From Minisyncoccota bacterium (GTDB lineage: Bacteria; Patescibacteriota; Minisyncoccia; Phycocordibacterales; SW-6-46-9): 47,185 bases of DNA. Each line of letters begins with the position of its first letter. Position 1 is the stretch's first letter. The stretch is taken from the NCBI GenBank assembly GCA_040904025.1, contig JBBDUG010000008.1:1-47185 (forward strand), read 5' to 3'. A model generated the notes under the pieces. The model did no database searches. It was given only the letters and a program-made list of their open reading frames with translations, and was not told the DNA's origin. This document shows positions 15,576 to 24,780 of the stretch, piece after piece. Made by a program: the position numbers and the translations under genes.

Positions 15576-18258
15576 ATTTATGATCAATCTAGTAACCTTA
15601 CAAGAAAATTTAGAAAACCTTAGTCAAAACTTTTCAAAGCAAATGTTTATTTTTGATTTGCTTTCTGTATACGAATTGCCTAAAAGTACAATTTCATTAC
15701 TCTCTAAAAATCCCACAAAACTATCTGGTAAAGAAGATCAGATCATTTTAAAAAATAAATTACTTTTTCATACAACTACACTCGAAGAGGATGAACACGT
15801 TGCTATCGATGCATTGCAGAAAGATAAAACTTCGTACAAGTTTAATCCTCGATTTATTATCGTTACAGATTTTGTGACGTTCTTGGCTGTAGATACAAAA
15901 ACAAAAGAAACTCTCGATATTCAAATTGGAGATCTCGGTAAACACTATGCGTTCTTCTTGCCATGGTGCGGAATGGAAAAGTCACAGCATGTAAATGAAA
16001 ATCCTGCTGATATCCGTGCCGCCTATAAGATGGATAAGCTATATCAGGCAATTATTACTGATGACCCTGAATACTACAAAAACAATAGCCACGATCTCAA
16101 CATATTTCTATCAAGACTTTTGTTCTGTTTCTTTGCTGAAGATACTGGTATTTTCCCTAAGACAGGGATGTTTACTAATTCTGTAAACTCCCATACTCAT
16201 GAAAACGGAGACGAGATGGATACTTACTTTTCGACACTTTTTGATGTTTTGGATACCAAAGATTCTGATCGATCGAAATTTGCTTCGCATTTCTTGGAAT
16301 TTCCATATGTTAACGGCGGTCTTTTTGAAACTAATATCAAATTGCCAACATTTACAGCTACTTCCCGAAAATTGATTATTGAATGTGGAAAGCTGAACTG
16401 GGACTCAATCAATCCAGATATTTTTGGATCCATGATTCAAGCAGTTGTTCTTCCAGGACAGCGTGAAAACCTTGGAATGCACTACACCTCCGTTCCGAAC
16501 ATAATGAAAGTCATTGAGCCTCTTTTCCTGAATGATCTATATGAGGAATTAGAGAATTCAAAGACTGATATTAAGAAACTCACCAAGCTTCGTGAACGAG
16601 TAGCGAAGATTAAGATATTTGACCCAGCGTGTGGATCAGGTAATTTCCTTATTATTTCATATAAGGAGCTATCAAAACTGGAGTCAAAAATAATCAGTTA
16701 CGCAAAAGATCTTGGGCATCAAATGATGTCGTATTCCGGCGTGTCACTAAATTCATTTTATGGAATAGAGATAGATGATTTTGCACACGAAATAGCTCGA
16801 CTTTCATTATGGCTTGCACAGCACCAAATGAACCAGTATTTCGATGGTATGTTTGGAATCATGAAAGCAACGCTTCCTCTTAAAGAAAGCGGAAAGATTG
16901 CTTGTGGTAATGCTGTTCGGGTTGATTGGAACGAAGTTTGTCCACGTAAGGATCAGGTTGTTGGTGAACATGAAATATATGTCGTGGGTAATCCGCCATA
17001 TCTAGGTTCTAGAAATCAAGAAGATGAACAAAAAGAAGATCTAAAAAGTCTGTTTATAAACGACTATAAAAGTCTAGATTACATATCTGCTTGGTTTTAT
17101 AAAGGAGCAAAATATATTTCAGGTCATGAAAAAATTAAGTTAGCTTTTGTATCAACAAATTCAATTTCGCAGGGGGAACAAGTAGCATTACTTTGGCCTC
17201 TTATTTTTCAGGAGAATGTGGAGATATGTTTTGCTCACCAGTCTTTTAAATGGAAAAATCTTGCGAAAGGAAATGCGGGTGTAACTTGTGTAATTATTGG
17301 TCTTGCTAACCAAGGTGGTCAGATAAAAAAGCTGTACTCATCAGATCAATATAGAAATGTTAAGAATATCAATCCATATCTTACAGAGGGAAATTCTAGT
17401 TTTATTACTAGACGCTCAAGTCCTTTATCAAAAGACCTCCCCCAAATGACATATGGAAATTTATTAAACGATGGAGGTAATTTTGTTTTAACAAAGGAAG
17501 AAAAAGATCAGCTTATCGAAAAATATCCAGAGTCAAATGTTTTAGTTAAAAGCTATATTGGATCCCAAGAATTTATTCGTGGACAACAAAGATGGTGCCT
17601 CTATATAAAGGATGACCAGATTACTTTGGCTAAATCTATTCCAGAGATTGTTAGTCGTTTAAATAAAATTAGAATACTGAGGAGTGCAAGTACAGAAAAA
17701 AGTACTCGTGCAATGGCAGATTTCCCTCACAAGTATTACTTCTTGGCACATAAGGAAACAAGTTCAATCATCATACCCAGAACATCTTCCGAGAATAGAG
17801 ATTACATACCAATGGGCTTCTTGGATAATAAAACAATTATCTCCGACGCGGCTCAAGTAATCTATAATGCAGAGCCATACATTTTCGCAATTCTAAATTC
17901 TCGTATGCACATGACTTGGGTGCGTGCTGTTGGAGGTAGACTTAAGACGGACTTACGATATTCATCAGCGCTTTGCTACAACACTTTTCCTTTTCCAGAA
18001 ATTTCACCAAAGCAAAAGGAGTCACTTACTAGCCACGTCTACAATATTCTAGAGGAACGTGAGAAGTGTCCAGAGAAGACAATGGCAGATCTGTATGATC
18101 CAGATAAGATGCCAGACGGATTACGGGAAGCACACAAATATTTAGATCTCGCTATTGATCAAATATATCGAAGCAAACCGTTTGACAGTGACGAAGATCG
18201 ACTAGCTCACTTATTCAAACTTTACGAGGAGATGATTACTAGAAAAACTAACCAATAA
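15559..18258 (+). CDS. MmeI/YeeA-like N6-adenine DNA methyltransferase with target-recognition domain
   Basis: RLLFCFFAEDTGIF, FPYVNGGLF, GMHYTS, DPACGSGNFL, GNPPY, YNTFPFP; start possibly the ATG at 15580. Confidence 0.9.
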   Translation: MSFSNKFMINLVTLQENLENLSQNFSKQMFIFDLLSVYELPKSTISLLSKNPTKLSGKEDQIILKNKLLFHTTTLEEDEHVAIDALQKDKTSYKFNPRFIIVTDFVTFLAVDTKTKETLDIQIGDLGKHYAFFLPWCGMEKSQHVNENPADIRAAYKMDKLYQAIITDDPEYYKNNSHDLNIFLSRLLFCFFAEDTGIFPKTGMFTNSVNSHTHENGDEMDTYFSTLFDVLDTKDSDRSKFASHFLEFPYVNGGLFETNIKLPTFTATSRKLIIECGKLNWDSINPDIFGSMIQAVVLPGQRENLGMHYTSVPNIMKVIEPLFLNDLYEELENSKTDIKKLTKLRERVAKIKIFDPACGSGNFLIISYKELSKLESKIISYAKDLGHQMMSYSGVSLNSFYGIEIDDFAHEIARLSLWLAQHQMNQYFDGMFGIMKATLPLKESGKIACGNAVRVDWNEVCPRKDQVVGEHEIYVVGNPPYLGSRNQEDEQKEDLKSLFINDYKSLDYISAWFYKGAKYISGHEKIKLAFVSTNSISQGEQVALLWPLIFQENVEICFAHQSFKWKNLAKGNAGVTCVIIGLANQGGQIKKLYSSDQYRNVKNINPYLTEGNSSFITRRSSPLSKDLPQMTYGNLLNDGGNFVLTKEEKDQLIEKYPESNVLVKSYIGSQEFIRGQQRWCLYIKDDQITLAKSIPEIVSRLNKIRILRSASTEKSTRAMADFPHKYYFLAHKETSSIIIPRTSSENRDYIPMGFLDNKTIISDAAQVIYNAEPYIFAILNSRMHMTWVRAVGGRLKTDLRYSSALCYNTFPFPEISPKQKESLTSHVYNILEEREKCPEKTMADLYDPDKMPDGLREAHKYLDLAIDQIYRSKPFDSDEDRLAHLFKLYEEMITRKTNQ

Positions 18259-18262
18259 TATT

Positions 18263-20200
18263 ATGAAAACTATTCAAGTAGCAGAAGCAACATACGCACA
18301 AACAGGACAAAGCACTAAGCTTAATGAGCTTGGTATGCGTGAGATGCAGGCAAAAGCATTTGAAAAAAGAAATGCACAATACCTGCTTTTGAAAGCACCT
18401 CCCGCATCTGGTAAATCACGAGCTTTGATGTTCCTGGCGTTAGATAAATTAACCAATCAGGGAATTAAAAAAGTTATTGTTGCTGTTCCTGAAAAATCTA
18501 TCGGTGGGTCCTTCAGTGAGACTAATTTAACTAGTGGTGGGTTCTTCGCTGATTGGAAACCAAACGATCACTACAATCTTTGTACCCCGGGACTGGATAA
18601 TGCTAAAGGTAAAGTTGAGGCGTTCAAGAATTTTATGGATAACGACGAGAAGATTCTTATCTGTACACACGCAACACTTCGCTTTGCGTGTGAGCAAATT
18701 GAAGATACAAAGTTTAATGATGCACTCATTGCAATTGACGAATTTCACCATGTTTCAGCAGATAAAGATACTAGTCGCTTAGGTAATGTGTTGCATGGAA
18801 TAATGACCAGCTCTAATGCACACATAGTCGCTATGACAGGGTCATATTTTCGTGGCGACGGTGTAGCTGTTTTATTGCCACAGGATGAGGCTAAGTTTGT
18901 AAAAGTAACATACAACTACTATCAGCAGTTGAACGGCTATACATATTTAAAGACCTTGGGTATTGGATACCACTTTTATCAAGGTAAATACACATCAGCT
19001 ATTGCTGAAGTTTTGGATACGAACAAGAAAACGATTTTACATATTCCGAACGTAAACTCTGGAGAATCTACAAAAGATAAGCTCAACGAAGTTGACTTAA
19101 TTCTGGATATTATCGGTGAGGTGGATCATCAAGATCATGAGACTGGCGTGATCTATGTGAAGCGTGATGGTGACGGAAAAATGCTTAAAGTCGCAAACCT
19201 GGTTGATGATTCAGTCGATCGAGACAAGATATCAAACTATCTTCGCACTATGAAAAACGAAGATGATATGGATATCATTATTGCTTTAGGTATGGCAAAA
19301 GAAGGTTTTGACTGGCCGTATTGTGAACATGCTTTGACTGTGGGTTATCGAAGCTCACTAACAGAGATCATTCAGATTATTGGACGTTGCACTCGAGATA
19401 GTGCAAACAAGACGCATGCGCAATTTACAAACCTAATAGCGCAACCAGATGCAAAAGACGGCGAAGTTAAAGTGTCGGTCAATAATATGTTAAAGGCAAT
19501 AACATGCTCTCTGCTCATGGAACAAGTAATGGCTCCTCATTATAATTTCAAACCACGATTCCCAAACGATGATACAAGCTTCACGCCAGGTGAAATTAAA
19601 GTAAATGGATTCAAAGCGCCTAGTACTGATCGTGTACAAGAAATTATTGAATCAGATATTAATGATCTTAAGGCCACTATTCTTCAAGACGATCAGATGG
19701 TTAAGGCATTGCCTGGAAATGTTGATCCAGAGGTAATAAACAAAGTGATGATACCGAAGATTATTCAAATGAAATACCCTGATCTTACTGATCTTGAAGT
19801 TGAAGAAGTTCGTCAGCATGTCGTTGTTGATTCTGTGATCAAGAATGGAGAAATCAAAGAAGTTGGAGATAAGAAATTTGTTCGTATGGCGGGACAGTTT
19901 GTAAATATAGATGATCTCAATATTGACCTTATCGACAGCATCAATCCGTTCCAAGAAGCTTTTGAAATTCTCTCAAAATCAGTAACCTCAAGTATTCTTA
20001 AAGTTATTCAAGATACTATTGATTCATCTCGAATTGAAATGACTCCCGAAGAGGTTAAAATTCTATGGCCTAAGGCAAAAGAGTTTACAATTCAAACAGG
20101 TCGAAAGCCTGAGATTTCTTCCTCGGACCCTCTCGAAAAACGACTTGCCGAGGCAGTGTTGTATTTGAAAAAACTTAAGGCTGAACAAGTGCAAAATTAA
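18263..20200 (+). CDS. YeeB-like superfamily 2 helicase/ATPase
   Basis: APPASGKS Walker A, DEFHH, MTGS, KEGFD, QIIGR. Confidence 0.88.
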   Translation: MKTIQVAEATYAQTGQSTKLNELGMREMQAKAFEKRNAQYLLLKAPPASGKSRALMFLALDKLTNQGIKKVIVAVPEKSIGGSFSETNLTSGGFFADWKPNDHYNLCTPGLDNAKGKVEAFKNFMDNDEKILICTHATLRFACEQIEDTKFNDALIAIDEFHHVSADKDTSRLGNVLHGIMTSSNAHIVAMTGSYFRGDGVAVLLPQDEAKFVKVTYNYYQQLNGYTYLKTLGIGYHFYQGKYTSAIAEVLDTNKKTILHIPNVNSGESTKDKLNEVDLILDIIGEVDHQDHETGVIYVKRDGDGKMLKVANLVDDSVDRDKISNYLRTMKNEDDMDIIIALGMAKEGFDWPYCEHALTVGYRSSLTEIIQIIGRCTRDSANKTHAQFTNLIAQPDAKDGEVKVSVNNMLKAITCSLLMEQVMAPHYNFKPRFPNDDTSFTPGEIKVNGFKAPSTDRVQEIIESDINDLKATILQDDQMVKALPGNVDPEVINKVMIPKIIQMKYPDLTDLEVEEVRQHVVVDSVIKNGEIKEVGDKKFVRMAGQFVNIDDLNIDLIDSINPFQEAFEILSKSVTSSILKVIQDTIDSSRIEMTPEEVKILWPKAKEFTIQTGRKPEISSSDPLEKRLAEAVLYLKKLKAEQVQN

Positions 20201-20201
20201 T

Positions 20202-21350
20202 ATGGATAAAAAAGATTTACTAGATTTAATAAACGATGACGATTTGGGACTTCTCGATCTAGATAAGAAGTCTGCTTCTGCTACGCCCGATGATCGATTA
20301 TCTGAATCATTCATGGAAATAAATGAGTTTTTTGCATTACACAATACAGAACCCAGGAACGGTGGAGACATCCATGAACATAAGCTCGCTTCACGACTTA
20401 AGCATATTAGAGAAAATAAAGAGCAAAAAGACTTTCTAAGTAAATTTGATATTCATAATCTACTAAAGACTACAGCGAAAGAACTCGACACCGTGAGTGA
20501 TATTTTTGCAGATGATGATCTGGATCTTCTTTCAATTGAGGATAGTTCTGTTTTTAATATAAAGAATGTTCCAGAGATCAGACAAGATCGTTCGGACCCT
20601 GACTTTGTTGCACAGAGAGAGATTTGTGCTGATTTTGATCAGTACGAACATTTATTTGAACAGGTTCAAAGAGATTTGAAAACTGGAACAAAAAAACTCG
20701 TTACCTTTGTGGAAAGTGAAATGAAACAAGGAGACTTTTTTGTTCTTAGTGGTGTTTTGATATATCTAGAAAAAATCTATGATCCATACAGAGGTAATAG
20801 TCAGAAAATAAACCGAAGAACTCGTTGTATTTATGAGAACGGAACTGAATCAAGCGTTTTGTTGCGATCATTAGGTAAAAGACTTTCTGATGCAGGATAT
20901 GCAATAAAAGATAATTCAGAAATAATGCCTATCGAGAGCGGAGATTCTGAGACAGGATACATTTATGTACTTAAATCACTCAGTGATAACCCAAGGATCG
21001 CTAGCACTAAAAATCTTTTTAAGATTGGTTTTTCAACTACTAATGTTGAAGAACGTGTAAAGAATGCGGATCAAGACCCAACTTATCTTATGGCTCCAGT
21101 TTCTATTGTCGCTACATACAGATGTTTCAATATGAACCCTCAAAGATTCGAAAGACTAATACACCGCTTCTTTAGTGATTCATGTCTAGACATTGAAATC
21201 ACCGACAGCAAGGGAAAAAACTACATCCCAAAGGAATGGTTCATTGCGCCAATTATGGTAATTGGAAATGTGATTGAGTTGATTATAAAAGGAGAGATTG
21301 TTAATTATTCTTACGACAAAAGCACTGAATCGATAATTAAGATTAAATAA
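20202..21350 (+). CDS. YeeC-like GIY-YIG/T5orf172 nuclease
   Basis: GYIYVLKS...FKIGFS...VEERV...FERLIH...EWF. Confidence 0.85.
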   Translation: MDKKDLLDLINDDDLGLLDLDKKSASATPDDRLSESFMEINEFFALHNTEPRNGGDIHEHKLASRLKHIRENKEQKDFLSKFDIHNLLKTTAKELDTVSDIFADDDLDLLSIEDSSVFNIKNVPEIRQDRSDPDFVAQREICADFDQYEHLFEQVQRDLKTGTKKLVTFVESEMKQGDFFVLSGVLIYLEKIYDPYRGNSQKINRRTRCIYENGTESSVLLRSLGKRLSDAGYAIKDNSEIMPIESGDSETGYIYVLKSLSDNPRIASTKNLFKIGFSTTNVEERVKNADQDPTYLMAPVSIVATYRCFNMNPQRFERLIHRFFSDSCLDIEITDSKGKNYIPKEWFIAPIMVIGNVIELIIKGEIVNYSYDKSTESIIKIK

Positions 21351-22623
21351 TCTTAATTATTTTGCTTTTCAAAACCAACTCGCTACTTATACACTCCAAC
21401 ACCGACCTCTGCTCTAAAACCGTCCCGTCTCTCAATACAAACTTCGCGTAGTCTTTGAGATCAATCGGCTCAATTTTCTCTGTTCGTTTCTTTCCCAAAA
21501 ACATCGCTTGGAGCTTTTTAAACTTCTGAATCTCACTATTTAGTTTGGCGTTTAACCTCACTTTATCAAGACTAATGGTATCAATCATTTTTAATAGAGC
21601 TTCAACCAGATTTGTTTCGTTCAAAGCAGGATTTTTGCAGTTCCTGTCCTTTGCTTTTGTACAACGGTAATACACGTAGCGGTTCACTCCACCAGCTTTT
21701 ATATTCTTAAACTTCTCATCGGCGGTAATGCCTGATCCGCAAATTCCACATTTCATGATTCTCGTAAAGGCAAACTCCTTGCCTTGTGATTTGATGACCT
21801 GTGACTTGATCGAACTTCTAGTCTCGTCAAATAATTCTTTAGTAATAAGTGGTGTATGTTTTCCGTCATACCAAATTCCTGCACCCTGTGGAAATTCAAA
21901 CTTTCCGTAGTAGAAGGTGTTATTGATAATCTTAAATACATTTCCAATACTTAGGTGATAACCACGAAGAGTTTTGAAATCTAGATCATATTTAAGCCAC
22001 GCATGTACCTTTGAAGCACTCCACTTATCATAGGCAATCTTTTCAAAGATTTGTTTAATGGTATCAGCTCGCTCTGGATCAATTTCAACCTCGCACTTTG
22101 CTAAACGACCATCCACCTTTTTGTATCCAGTTGGTGGCTGTGCTGGCCATAAGCCCATCTCACACCTTGTCCTCATACCACGCTTAACATTGATACTCTT
22201 ATTATCATTCTCGAGTTTTGCCTGAGAACACAGAATCATGAGCAGGAACTTGTCGCTTGGTGAATTAGTGAAATTTTGTCCGAACGTCTTTATAGTAATG
22301 AGCTTCTTTTGATCCATGCGATCAACTAACTTTCCTAAGTCACCAGCGTTACGAGAAAGTCGATCAGGTGCCCAAGTGATAATAGCGTCAAATATATTGT
22401 TATCGATATCTTTTACAATCTCTTCAAACACAGGTCGTTGCCCAGACTCTTTTGCAGAATGTGACTCACGTCTAATTTCAATAATGTTTAGTTTTTCTCG
22501 CTCAGCAATTTGCGTCATTTCCTTGATTTGAGAATCAATGGAAAGAGCTTGCTTCTCGTCTCCTTCGGTCGACTTTCTGGCGTATAGGACGTATTTATAA
22601 CTACTTACCTCTGTATCTGTCAT
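21343..22623 (-). CDS. Large serine recombinase (second copy, 426 aa)
   Basis: YARKS, DRLSRN, PPTGY, CGIC...YYRC. Confidence 0.93.
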   Translation of the reverse strand: MTDTEVSSYKYVLYARKSTEGDEKQALSIDSQIKEMTQIAEREKLNIIEIRRESHSAKESGQRPVFEEIVKDIDNNIFDAIITWAPDRLSRNAGDLGKLVDRMDQKKLITIKTFGQNFTNSPSDKFLLMILCSQAKLENDNKSINVKRGMRTRCEMGLWPAQPPTGYKKVDGRLAKCEVEIDPERADTIKQIFEKIAYDKWSASKVHAWLKYDLDFKTLRGYHLSIGNVFKIINNTFYYGKFEFPQGAGIWYDGKHTPLITKELFDETRSSIKSQVIKSQGKEFAFTRIMKCGICGSGITADEKFKNIKAGGVNRYVYYRCTKAKDRNCKNPALNETNLVEALLKMIDTISLDKVRLNAKLNSEIQKFKKLQAMFLGKKRTEKIEPIDLKDYAKFVLRDGTVLEQRSVLECISSELVLKSKIIKII

Positions 22624-22762
22624 ATATTAATTAATGACAGACCAGTTTGTGGTGCATAGTCTATGCAGAATAAAGGAAACGTCGCATAGTCTTATTATTG
22701 CCTTTACCATCCATTCTTAACTAGGTGACGTGAATTTGCTAAAATATGATCACAAAATCCAA

Positions 22763-22863
22763 GACCTAACCCTCGAAAGAGATATGGTCACAAAAACCGT
22801 CCAAGGTAGCGTCCTCGCATGAGGATTCGACCTTTTGTGTCGAGTCGGTGCGAGGATTTTGCT
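22763..22863 (+). promoter_or_regulatory. Structured leader motif, short copy
   Basis: GACCTAAC-CCTC/GAG-ATATGGTC, CCGTCCAA.GTA, then a TCCTCGCA/TGCGAGGA stem; same layout as 25883-26061. Confidence 0.5.
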
Positions 22864-23913
22864 TTATTCACTCAGCCAGAAATGAAACCTATTCCGGATA
22901 TCTTGCTCTAGCTCGTAGGCATCCGCATGTGAGAGAACGCCCATATAGGATTCGAGCGTAGAGCGTAGCCTTAGCTCGTTGATCTCGCCGCTTCGGTACC
23001 TGAGTACCGTCTGTCGCAGTTTCCTCGGAATTCGGCGTTTTGTCTTTGCACGCAGTTGTATGTGCTTCGGCAGAATGATGTAGCCGAGAAAGTCCACACC
23101 CCGTAAATGCTTCATCAGATGAATCTTTTTCGGGTGAAGTTCCAGTCGCAGTTCTTTCCCGAGAAACTCCTGCATCGGGGTGAGCAGTCTTTCGAGATAT
23201 GCTCTGTCGCCAGAAACAATCACGAAGTCATCTGTGTATCGAGCATAATGTTGAACCTTCAACTTGTGCTTCATAAATTGATCGAACTCATTCATGTAGA
23301 TGTTGGCGAAAATCTGCGAGGTCAGGTTTCCGATTGGGACACCTCTGCGCTCGAAGAGATTCGGTCGGCTTGCGGCAAAGCTCTCGACGATCTCTCGCAT
23401 AAGGTCCATGACTTTCTCGTCCTTGATTTTTGAATCAAGAATTCGGAGCAAGACATCGTGGTCGATGGAGTCGAAGAACTTCCGCACATCGCACTTGAGC
23501 GCGTAGCAGGGGCGGGTGTTGTTGCGACTTACGGCACGAATCATTTCAGCAACTTTCTCTACTCCTTTGTGTGTACCTTTCCCAACACGACAGGAGAACG
23601 ATGTTGGAATAAAGGTTGGCTCAAAGATTGGATTGAGGACGCTAAAAACCGCGTGATGAAGCACGCGGTCGCGGACAGTCGCCTTGTGGATTCTCCGGAG
23701 TTTTGGGTCGTGGATCCAAAAACCCCTGTATCCTCCGTGCCGATAGGTACCGTTCTTGAGTTCGCGATATAAGCCGAAGATATTCTCTTCAAGATTAACC
23801 TCGAACTCAATCACATCCGGCTTGTTGCGCTTGTCTGACTTGAATACCTCCCACGCACGGAATAGTGCTGACGGAGAAATTATTAACCAATGTAATTCCT
23901 TATATATTTTCAC
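22864..23913 (-). CDS. DGR reverse transcriptase (DGR3)
   Basis: 349 aa; GKGTH, LKCDVRKFF, GVPIGNLTSQ, RYTDD, GVDFLG. Confidence 0.95.
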   Translation of the reverse strand: MKIYKELHWLIISPSALFRAWEVFKSDKRNKPDVIEFEVNLEENIFGLYRELKNGTYRHGGYRGFWIHDPKLRRIHKATVRDRVLHHAVFSVLNPIFEPTFIPTSFSCRVGKGTHKGVEKVAEMIRAVSRNNTRPCYALKCDVRKFFDSIDHDVLLRILDSKIKDEKVMDLMREIVESFAASRPNLFERRGVPIGNLTSQIFANIYMNEFDQFMKHKLKVQHYARYTDDFVIVSGDRAYLERLLTPMQEFLGKELRLELHPKKIHLMKHLRGVDFLGYIILPKHIQLRAKTKRRIPRKLRQTVLRYRSGEINELRLRSTLESYMGVLSHADAYELEQDIRNRFHFWLSE

Positions 23914-23916
23914 GCT

Positions 23917-24267
23917 ATGAATGATTTAGACATACCCATTTTCAAGAAATCCTACGATCTCTACAAAGAGTTCTACCTCTTGCGCCTGTCAGTTCCTAAA
24001 CAAGACCGCTACACGCTTTGGCAGAAGTGCGAGTCGCTCCTTATCGATATTCTCGAAGGGATACTATTCGCAAGCCAGCAGTCGAAGCAAGAGAAGCTCC
24101 CAACCTTGGAAAAGACGAGCGTACGACTCAACTTCCTTAAGGTGTGTGTCCGGCTCATGAAGGATCTAAAAGCCATCGACGGCAAACAGTACGTTCTCAT
24201 AGAAGCGAATCTCGATGAGGTCGGTCGAATGCTTGGCGGGTGGATAAAGTCAACGAGAGAGCGATAA
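23917..24267 (+). CDS. avd: Avd accessory protein (DGR3), antisense to TR/RT
   Basis: 116 aa; DIPIFKKSYDLY...PKQDRYTL...EVGRMLGGWIK; start codon 3 bp from the divergent RT start. Confidence 0.93.
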   Translation: MNDLDIPIFKKSYDLYKEFYLLRLSVPKQDRYTLWQKCESLLIDILEGILFASQQSKQEKLPTLEKTSVRLNFLKVCVRLMKDLKAIDGKQYVLIEANLDEVGRMLGGWIKSTRER

Positions 24268-24269
24268 CA

Positions 24270-24299
24270 GAAACTCCCGCTTATGACGGCGGGAGTTTC
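24270..24299. other. Hairpin between avd3 3' end and TR3 3' end
   Basis: GAAACTCCCGC-ttatgacg-GCGGGAGTTTC, 11 bp perfect stem. Confidence 0.7.
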
Positions 24300-24316
24300 C
24301 GGATAGAGGTTGACTG

Positions 24317-24432
24317 CCTGGCAGACGAAACGCCGATGTTGCCGTTGCGGTTGTCGTCCCAATAGTTGTTGACGTTCAGACCCTCGGCATCGAAGTTGCC
24401 GACGTTGACGCGGTTGCCGTCCGAGTCGAGAT
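24317..24432 (-). repeat. DGR3 template repeat (TR3)
   Basis: 116 bp match to 24790-24905; 15 mismatches, all at TR adenines; 9 AAC codons. Confidence 0.97.
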
Positions 24433-24708
24433 ATTGCCCGTTTCCGTCCGTGGCACCGGAACCCGAGGGTTACTACTCTTGCGAGTCTATGTCCTCTCGT
24501 TCCTGAATTTGATTCGGGAGCAGCTCTTTCGAGCATCTCCACTAGATGCGGGCAAGAAGTTCTCTCTATCCCTTTCGCGCTCTGCCGTGATCCGTAAACC
24601 ACTGGCACTCCGGCGATCTCAAGGTGAGATATCCCGCGAGTGTGAACCGTAACCCACACTACATTAGCAAGATAGTAAAAGTATAAGTTGTAAAAATATA
24701 AAAAGAAA

Positions 24709-24742
24709 GAGCCTCCGGCGAAAAAAATTCGCGCGGAGGCTC
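24709..24742. other. Hairpin downstream of VR3 (DGR target-recognition hairpin and/or terminator)
   Basis: GAGCCTCCG-GCGAA-aaaaa-TTCGC-G-CGGAGGCTC about 40 bp past the target stop, followed by a U-rich run on the minus strand. Confidence 0.65.
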
Positions 24743-24780
24743 AAGTATTCAAGAGGGACAAGCCCTCAAGGATTCAAGGT

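Noticed and set aside
5991-23913. RTs as group II intron, retron or Abi-type enzymes
   Set aside because: All three are ~340 aa with the GNLTSQ motif, lack maturase/endonuclease extensions, and sit beside Avd and an adenine-mismatched TR/VR pair.
24009-24659. 216 aa minus-strand ORF over TR3 and antisense avd3 (likewise 7250-7597 over TR1)
   Set aside because: These are open frames through TR and the avd antisense strand with no protein-like features; TRs are often stop-free because they mirror a coding VR.
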